DNA from: Piromyces finnis finn
Taxonomy: Eukaryota > Fungi > Neocallimastigomycota
Length of the DNA: 64,000 nt
NCBI GenBank assembly: GCA_002104945.1
Contig: MCFH01000012.1
Span: 372,001 to 436,000, forward strand
Direction of reading: 5' to 3'
Shown here: piece after piece, positions 56,066 to 64,000 of the stretch
Layout of the letters: the number at the start of each line of letters is the position of its first letter
Numbering within the stretch: position 1 is the first letter of the stretch
The notes under the pieces: model-generated
Told to the model about the DNA's origin: nothing
Databases searched by the model: none
Seen by the model: the letters and a program-made list of their open reading frames with translations, nothing else
Translations under genes and position numbers: made by a program

Positions 56066-59000
56066 TCCTTTAACTGTAGGGTGATGTCTTAACATGAAAA
56101 CACCAATTGACATCATAATAGTAATACTTATTAATATAAAAGTTGTAAACCTAGCTATATTAAAAAACATGGAATATGGAGCTCTATCTAATTGATAATA
56201 TTGATCACAATGACTTCCAGTATATAAAGTATCGGTACAATTACATATATTATTATTAATGCATTTTCCTTTATTACATGATGGTTCACAATAAGGTTGA
56301 TAACTATGATAAAGAATATAATTTATTTATTATTTTTATTTAGTTCAGTAGATTTATTATTTTGCTTATGGTTTATAAGTGTACATATAATGAAAAATTA
56401 CCATGATTTAAATTTAGTACTATCTAAATATTGATTTAGAAAAGTGGTATCATCACAGCTTTTTATATTAATTTTAATATCAATGTAATTCTTTTCAAAT
56501 GCACTATACTGACCTTTAAAATATTTATAATATTTAGTATATATTATTTTATTAAAAAAAATTAAAGAAATAATATGCTTATTTTATTTTTTTTTTTAAA
56601 AAGATATCTTTATTTTATAATATTAATATTATTATTTATTGAATTATTCTAATATAATTATTATATTACCAAATGTATTTATTTTTAGTTTTAAGTAATA
56701 TTCACCAGGGTTACCAACAACTAATATTAACACATTAATATTGTCATTAGGAAATATATTTAATTTTTTTTTTTTTTTTTTTTAACTTCCGAGTGCATTT
56801 CTCCCATCGATCAGAGTTAGCTCCAATGGTGGTTCTTAGAGAAACGTTGGCTCATTCCTATTGCTAGGTGGTTGTGACCCTCCTGGTCTGTCATACTGTT
56901 TCTTCAGCTTCGACGCTCACTTAATCCATGTACATTAGATGCATGTCGTTGTACGATATTTCACAACTACAATGCTAAGCCTCTTATAGTCAATTTGATC
57001 ACGTGTCAACCGCCCCCTAATGTTTACACTTAAATTGATTAAGGAATATTATGTGTTTTTGGCATAGCCTAAGTCACCACTTATTAAGTTCTAATTTGGA
57101 ATGTACCATGTACACTAGACCCTCTCAGGCCGGCTAGACGAGTGTTATTATCATAGTAGTAAATTAGAAAGTTCATTTATACTTACCTGAATATCATAAC
57201 CCAACCCATGGCAAACCCAGTGGGAAAATCCACAGGCACTGACATCTGCGGGGTCGAACCAGAAGCCTTATGTATACTAAGGCAACGCCTTAACAACCAG
57301 GATAAAATATATTTAATATATTACTCTCTTTAATTTATAAATAATAGATCTAGATATAAAATTACTTTTTATAGTTGGAAATATACAAGAGTCACCCCAA
57401 CAATAAGATTTTGATTGACCTAGCAATATAGCATTATAGTTATCATTAATTTCAAGATTATAAAACATAAATTTCTCAAATTGGATATTTGACATATCTA
57501 TATCAAATAATTTTACTTTAAATAAAAATGTTAACAAAATATATTAGAAATAACTAGTGTAGAATAATATTACTTCTATAGGTTTATATAGATATATAGT
57601 TACAATTATTATAATCATCATATAAGCTAGCTATTCTTATTTAAAATATATTATTTTATTTAGTTTTTTTTTTTATAATTACTATTGAGTCGTCGTAAGA
57701 TTATATATATTTATATTACCTGAAATTCCTTCGGGTAGCATTTCTCCTGAATAAATTGATATTTCTTCATCTAATTCATTATTGAGTATTAATTTTGTAG
57801 GGTTTGTTGCAAAATTACCTTTGATACTTTTTAAAACTTCTATATTTGTAATATTTGGTTCTGATTTTAAATCGTAACTATATACTATTTTTCCAAGTAA
57901 TGCATTATTATTATAAAATGTACAGTTTACTAATGAAAATATTTTATTTGCATATGGACTTATAGAATAAATAACACCTCCATATTTTTCCGCAACATTG
58001 CTTTCAAATACGCTATTGGTTATATTTACTGTTGTTTTTGTCGTTTTTTGTAAACTGTCTACATGAATTACTGATCCACAATTTGATCTTATATTATTAA
58101 AATAAATATTATCCATTATATAATTCCCAAATAAACTGTTTTTTTCATCAATTTTAATAAATCCATTATTAAAATAACAGTTTTTGATGGAATTATTGTA
58201 AAGTGAAATTTTTCCATTAGAAAGAATATTAATACCAACATCTAATTTAATTGAAGTATACAAGAATATAAAATTTTTTTTTAAATTAATATAAAGTAAT
58301 TTTTATTAATATTATTATATCATAAAATAATTTTAAATATTAATTAATAACCTCCATAAATATTATCAAAAACAGTATTATTAACAACTAAACTAGAAGC
58401 TGATCCAAGTAATGCAATCTCAGAAGAATAAATAAATCGATCAACAGAAATATCAGTGTCACAGCTATTATCCATATAACATTTATGCATATTCTTTATC
58501 TATTAATAATATTAATTATTATCATGGATCATCAGGATTACTAATAATATAACTATAATCATTTAACTATCATATTACTTCACTATTAATTAATGCTATA
58601 TTTCCTTTTTCGGTTCTAAATAATACTTTAATTAAAGTAGGAATAATTTAAGAATACTTTTTAGATTAAAATTCAGCAAAAAAAAAAAAAAAAAAAAAAA
58701 TTAAAATTAATTTACATTATTGAAAATATTACCTCCTCTGGAATTTACATTATTTAGTTTAAGATTATTAATTGTCATTCCTAAACCTTTATTGAATATT
58801 ATTTAATAGTGATATCTTAGATTCCCCTTTGTTTATATACAATTTTATTCAATATTATTATAATATACCATTAATGAAACCATTATAATTAAAAAGTTCA
58901 ATGGCCATTTTTGAATAAAATTCTTTTACATTTAAATTACTTATATATAATACTGAATTATTTTCTTGATAGACCAAACTATTTTTTTATTTTTATTTTT

Positions 59001-60943
59001 ATAAGAGAAATCAATTAAAATGATTTATTATTATTAGTTTATTAAGGAAAAAAAATATATATACTTTGTGTATAAGCCACTGGTATTTATGATTTCAATA
59101 CTATTATTTAAAAAAAAATATTTATCGAGTTAAAAAAATTTTTTTATTGATTAAATAAAAAATAAATTATTCATTACTTATCAAATGTTGCACGACAATT
59201 ATCACTTATCCATATGATTGACGTTTGCCTTACACTTAATTGCTTACCATTATTTATTAAAACATTTGTTACACTAATGTTTATATTATAACTATTACAT
59301 GTGTAAACAAAAAGTCCATTTGTTCCTCTTCCTTGTATAGTATCAATTTCTATATTACTAATATTAATTTTTATTAAAATAATATTAATATATGTAAGAA
59401 TAAACTAATATATTTTATCTGATAACATTAAACCTCATTGTAAGTGTTGCATATTCTGATACAACAAAAGCACAAGCCGTTTCATAAGGATTAATTAGAT
59501 TTTCTGCATAATAATTATCTATTAATACATTGGATGATTTCTCAAGTCTTTAAATATATATAAGAGATAAAAAAGAAAAGTTAATTACATTTTTTTCTTA
59601 TTTACATAAATTGTTATTATGAAATTCATATTATAAAAATACCCCATAATTAAACCTCCATTTGTCATTCCTAAAATATTTCCTGTATCTATTTGTTTAA
59701 TATTTGTAAATTTCGCAATAGAATTGATATTTTCTGATGTTGAAATATATGACATACTTCCCTTTTTTGTTTTTATCATATTTATTATTTTATTTAAATT
59801 ATATTTATTGTTTAAAATTTTTTTATATTACAATCAATAAATTAATGAATTAATATTTAGTCAATGCAATTAAAATTATTTAATTTTTAAAATATTACTA
59901 GTTTTAAGGATGTAGTATTAAATATATCAAGGTGATCCGCTTCAAAATCATATAAATCATAAAGATAAAAAGCTCCACCTTTTTCTGAACTCAAATTGTC
60001 TTTTAATGTACAATTTTTAATATAAACATATGAATTTAATGCATGCATCACTGATCTTTTTATCATGAATTAATTTTTCATGAATCGATTAATCATGAAT
60101 TAATTCATAATTAAAAAATGATTTAATAAAAAAAAAAAAAGATATAGAAAAAATTGAATATAAATAGTCACGTCATCATTATATTATTATTTATTCTACT
60201 TTTTTATTTATTTATTAATATACAAAATATTACCCTCCTTCAATACTTTCTGAACTGTATGCTTTTTCAAATATTGAATTATTTATATCAATGTTAAATC
60301 CATTAATTATATCTAATATAGGGCATTGATATTCACCACTAAAGTATGAATCTTTTATTATTAAGTTATATTTATCATCTCCATTTCCATTATAATTAAT
60401 TAAACGATTTTGACATGATGAACTACCAAAAAATGTTGAATTATTTATATTAACATTTCCTCCTCTTAAATTTATACAATTATCACTTTCATTGGATGAT
60501 GATTCATATTTAAAATTGGATATATTTATATATTCATTTCTAATATCAAATTTCGAATTTATATTTCCGGTTAAATGTACATTCTGTATATTGATTTTTA
60601 AATTATCATGAAAATATAGATTTCCTCGTATTGACAGACTATTTAATTGTATTTCCTTAACACCATTATCAAAATGAAGATAGTGTGATAAATTCAAAAA
60701 ATTTAATATAGAATTTTCAGTGGAACCTCCACTTATTATAACTTTTTCAAATGAATTAACGTTAATATTATTTGTTATATTTATTTCATTTTCAACATTA
60801 ATTTCCAAAATTTTGATATTACTTGAAATTATTTTTAACAAATCCTTTTCATCTTTAACAACTTCCAGTTTAACACCGCCGATACATAAATTTAATAATA
60901 AAATAATTAAATGTAATAACAAATTTTTATTCCCGATCTTCAT
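54460..60943 (-). CDS. Large multi-exon class C-like GPCR with beta-helix (pectin-lyase-like) ectodomain and EGF module; may be disrupted
   Basis: Signal peptide MKIGNKNLLLHLIILLL, repeated NCTF.NN/GG motifs, YCWGDSCIFPTIK-IVGNPG, EGF-like CEPSCNKGKCINNNICNCTDTLYTGSHC, then TM1 with LRHHPTVKGG and further TMs. There is an apparent 1-nt deletion near 59968. Confidence 0.7.
55670..55995. repeat. (TATTAC)n intronic microsatellite, about 50 units
   Basis: Read directly; it explains the poly-Y ORF artefact. Confidence 0.97.
56765..57304 (-). mobile_element. tRNA-derived SINE with 13-bp TSD and poly(A), in GPCR intron 56721-57365
   Basis: TSD AAATATATTTAAT at 56752-56764 and 57305-57317; A-tail. 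The head has the A-box-like TGGTTGTTAAGGCG, hairpin GCCTTA-GTATACA-TAAGGC, B box GGTTCGACCCC and acceptor-like AGATGTCA. A LINE-related segment lies at 56869-56918. Confidence 0.85.
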
Positions 60944-61811
60944 ATTAATAGTAACCAAATATAAAGTTAATGTGTTAACTTGTTCTGTGATTTTCTTGAA
61001 GTTTCATAAAATAATATCAAATTATAATTATATCAATTAATACAATAAATGATATTGTCTTTTTTTCTATCTTTTTTTTTTTATTGTTTTTATTAATAAT
61101 TAACGCTAATAAAATAACAAACTTTTTTTTATTAATAATTAAGTTTTTTTTTTTTTGGTTTATTTCAATTAAAAAAACTAAAAACTTATTTTTTTTTTCA
61201 TTCCACATACTTAATTTATTTAATCATTCATATACATTTTAATCAAAACAAAAAATTTTTTTACATTTGAAACAAACTTTTAAACATAATTTTTTTTTAA
61301 CTTTATTTAGAAAAGTTTTTGTGTAATAAAATTAATGCCAAGTAAATTGTAATAATAAATATAATTAGAATTTAATTGCTAAAGAGAAGTTTAATAGTTA
61401 ACTTCATTTTAGCAGAACTAAATATATAAAAAAAAACGATAAACTATAGTTTTATTTATACTGAAAAAAGGATACAAATATAAACTTTATCAAATAAAGA
61501 ATGAAAGGACTTAATAAGTATATTTATCATTAATTTCATTGTAATTTTAAATAGAAGTAAGGTAAATGAACATTTATAACTTTCTATTAATTATTATATT
61601 AAGATATTGCTTTTCTATTTTATTTTTATTTTTACTGCTGGTAGAAAAAATTCACTTGCAAATCTCACAATTGAAAAATCTAAATAAGATCTAATTATAC
61701 AAAATTTAGGAAATGTTCCGTTTTAGAGGGCTCGAAATCCGTCCCCTCAAAAATCTACGCATGTTTCAAATGAGAATAATTAAATTTTCAAGCATGATAA
61801 TTTTCAATTAA

Positions 61812-62077
61812 CATGCCCTCCTACTCGTTATAGATTCGCTTGAGCTCCATCCATTTTCAGGGCTAGTTCATTTGGAAGATGAATTGTTACACATTTCTTA
61901 GCAGATTCCAACTTTCATGGCCACCATCATACTATCTAGATAAACCAACACCTTTTGTGATATAAATGAGCGTGTATTTCGGTTCTTTAACCCCACGATT
62001 GGTTCATCCCACATCACCTTCCAAAAATGGTATATAGTTCTGCTTACTAAAAATGGCCCAAGTTCAAATTAAGTAAC
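61812..62077 (-). pseudogene. Degraded 28S (LSU) rRNA fragment
   Basis: The minus strand matches conserved LSU core as recalled: GGGCCATTTTT.GTAAGCAGAACT, GGGATGAACC, CACAAAAGGTGTT, GTGGCCATG.AAGT.GGAATC.GCTAAG, AATGAACTAGCCCTGAAAATGGATGG and ACGAGTAGG. It carries internal deletions. Confidence 0.9.
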
Positions 62078-62174
62078 TTAAACTTATTATATAATTTTTT
62101 TAAAAAAGAAGAAAAACATTATAATTAGTATATATGTTACATATTTTTAACTTTAATTGTAAATTTGTTGGAAA

Positions 62175-62227
<53 letters not shown>

Positions 62228-62558
62228 AATAAATAAATAAATAAATATAAATTATATTATAAAAATTAAATTTTAAAATTTACAGAACTTTATTAATTTA
62301 TTTAATCATTCATTTACTTTTCAAATAATATTTTTTATTTTACTAATTTACTTTTTTATTTTATTCTTATTTTTATTTTTTTTTATAATCAATTGGAATA
62401 AAGAATAATGAAAATCTCTAGTTATTATTAAATAGATATTCCATTCAATTTGAAAATGGTTATTGAAATTAAAAAAAAAAAAAAAAAGAAACATGTATTA
62501 AATTAAGAATGGGATATTATAAAAAATATATATAATTATTTTTATTATTATTTTTTGC

Positions 62559-63868
62559 TCAAATAGTATATAAGTACATACATTGCATTATAATGATTAT
62601 ATAAAAACAATTTGTATTGGAGTAATGTATTTATTTCTTGGCTTGTTTTTTTTTTCAATTTTCGATACAAAATAAATTTCAATTAATTTATCTATATAAA
62701 GATAGTAAAGAATGACAAAGGTATTTATTATGGTTCCAATACATCTAAATAAATTTTGAACTACAATTGAAATTCCGTCATTACCGTTAACAATTTCAAT
62801 TAATGTTACTGAAGTAACATAAATGTATACTGGAATATTAAGATTCTATTTTTGAACATTTAAGAAATATGATTATTATGAAAAATTATATATAAGACGA
62901 ATAAAAAATTATATTTATAGTTCTATAGTTACCTCTTTAAAATCTTTTTTAACATTTCTTATTGAATAAGATAAAATGCATCCGATAAATAATACAATGA
63001 AGTTTAATAAAGTACTATGGAAAAAAAAAAAAAAAAACAATGATATTTAAAATAATATATTTAATATATGGGTATTAATAATATCAATGAGTAGTTTTAA
63101 AAAGATAAAAATATTTTTAACATTCTAATAGCTTAAAACAATTATTAGTTATTACCATAAAGTCATAAATTTTGGATAGACACATTTTTTAAATTCTTTA
63201 AGGTCATTTGTTAGTGAAGATTTATTATCGATCCAATTATTCTTTACGCTTACTACTACTACAGAGATGTAGAATAATACCAATGAAAATACAATGGCAT
63301 ACATAATTTCTATTCTGAGTCCTTTATTTCTATGTGATACAACATTGAAACTTTTTTTTTTTTTTTGTTTGGTTTATAATAATTAAAAAAAAAAAAAAAA
63401 AAAAAAAAGGAAATAAATAAATATTAAATAAATGAATTATTAAATTGTAATATAACTAAATTTATAAAAGTAATCACAAGAATCGATCCAAAAACTAGAG
63501 AAAATCCCTAATTAATTAGTATTTATAAAAAAAGAAAATATTAATAAATATATTTATATATATGTATATGTATATATATTTAAAATATTTTATTATTTAT
63601 TATATTATATCATTATATCAGTAGTATATTTGTTTATTCATTTTATAATTACAATATTATTGAATAAATAAATAAAAATGCAAGTGGTTTTTATATTTTC
63701 AATGGTTAAAGGATATATACGTAGTTAATTAATAATCCAATAAGTATTAATAATAGAAAATCAACGCTTTCTATATTTCCAATAATATAAAATTTTAAAT
63801 ATAATTAATTACTTCATTAATTATTTCATTATCCATTACTACTATAACACTACTACTACTACTACTAC

Positions 63869-63906
<38 letters not shown>

Positions 63907-64000
63907 GTAGTAGTAGTAGTAGTAGTAGTACCTCCTTTAATAGTAGGATTATTTTTTAACATGATAATAGCAATTGATATCATGATAGTAATTGGATTAG
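62559..64000 (-). CDS. 3' part (7TM region) of a paralogue of the 54460-60943 GPCR; extends beyond the window and carries an apparent frameshift
   Basis: Exons are colinear with 54460-56170 (MLKNNPTIKG, SVDFLLLILIG, KNNWIDNK..KEFKKCVYPKF). The stop is at 62559-62561. Confidence 0.75.

Noticed and set aside
56869-56918. Hammerhead ribozyme (CTGAAGA fits CUGANGA)
   Set aside because: There is no stem II followed by GAAA and no workable stem I/III arrangement.
57119-57135. 16S rRNA-like AGCCGGCCTGAGAGGGT in the SINE core
   Set aside because: The match is only about 17 nt with no flanking rRNA similarity, so it cannot be distinguished from chance.
57179-57189. ATACTTACCTG as the 5' end of a U1 snRNA gene
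   Set aside because: The downstream sequence lacks U1 stem-loop I and an Sm site. It is better explained as a 5' splice site on the opposite strand inside the SINE.
57240-57304. Functional tRNA gene
   Set aside because: The 5' acceptor strand is missing and the T-stem pairs poorly. It is the head of a TSD-flanked element.

Overview
Very AT-rich eukaryotic genomic DNA with short GT-AG introns and long (AAT)n and poly-A/T tracts. The composition, the bacterial-type intronless genes and the solute-binding-protein GPCR point to an anaerobic gut fungus (Neocallimastigomycota); this is an inference. From left to right: the 3' half of an intact-looking Ty1/copia element with PPT and 3' LTR; decayed LINE and gypsy remnants; an SLC41/MgtE transporter; NOP58; a 5'-truncated LINE with a same-family copy nested inside it (12-bp TSD); a G-protein beta subunit; a Rad60/Esc2-like SUMO-like-domain gene; two tandem intronless FeoA-FeoB fusion genes of Bacteroidetes type, separated by a 59-bp minisatellite; a bacterial NfsA-type nitroreductase/flavin reductase; a decaying ankyrin gene; three class-C-like GPCR genes (one with a solute-binding ectodomain, two of a beta-helix/EGF type); and a degraded 28S rRNA fragment. 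Two leads stand out. (1) A eukaryotic, duplicated and remodelled FeoAB ferrous-iron transporter (new Cys-rich linker, shortened helical domain, acidic loop) next to a flavin reductase. (2) A tRNA-derived SINE with a 13-bp TSD and poly(A), inside a GPCR intron, that shares a 50-nt motif with the local LINE family. All assignments come from motif recognition by eye; no searches were run.
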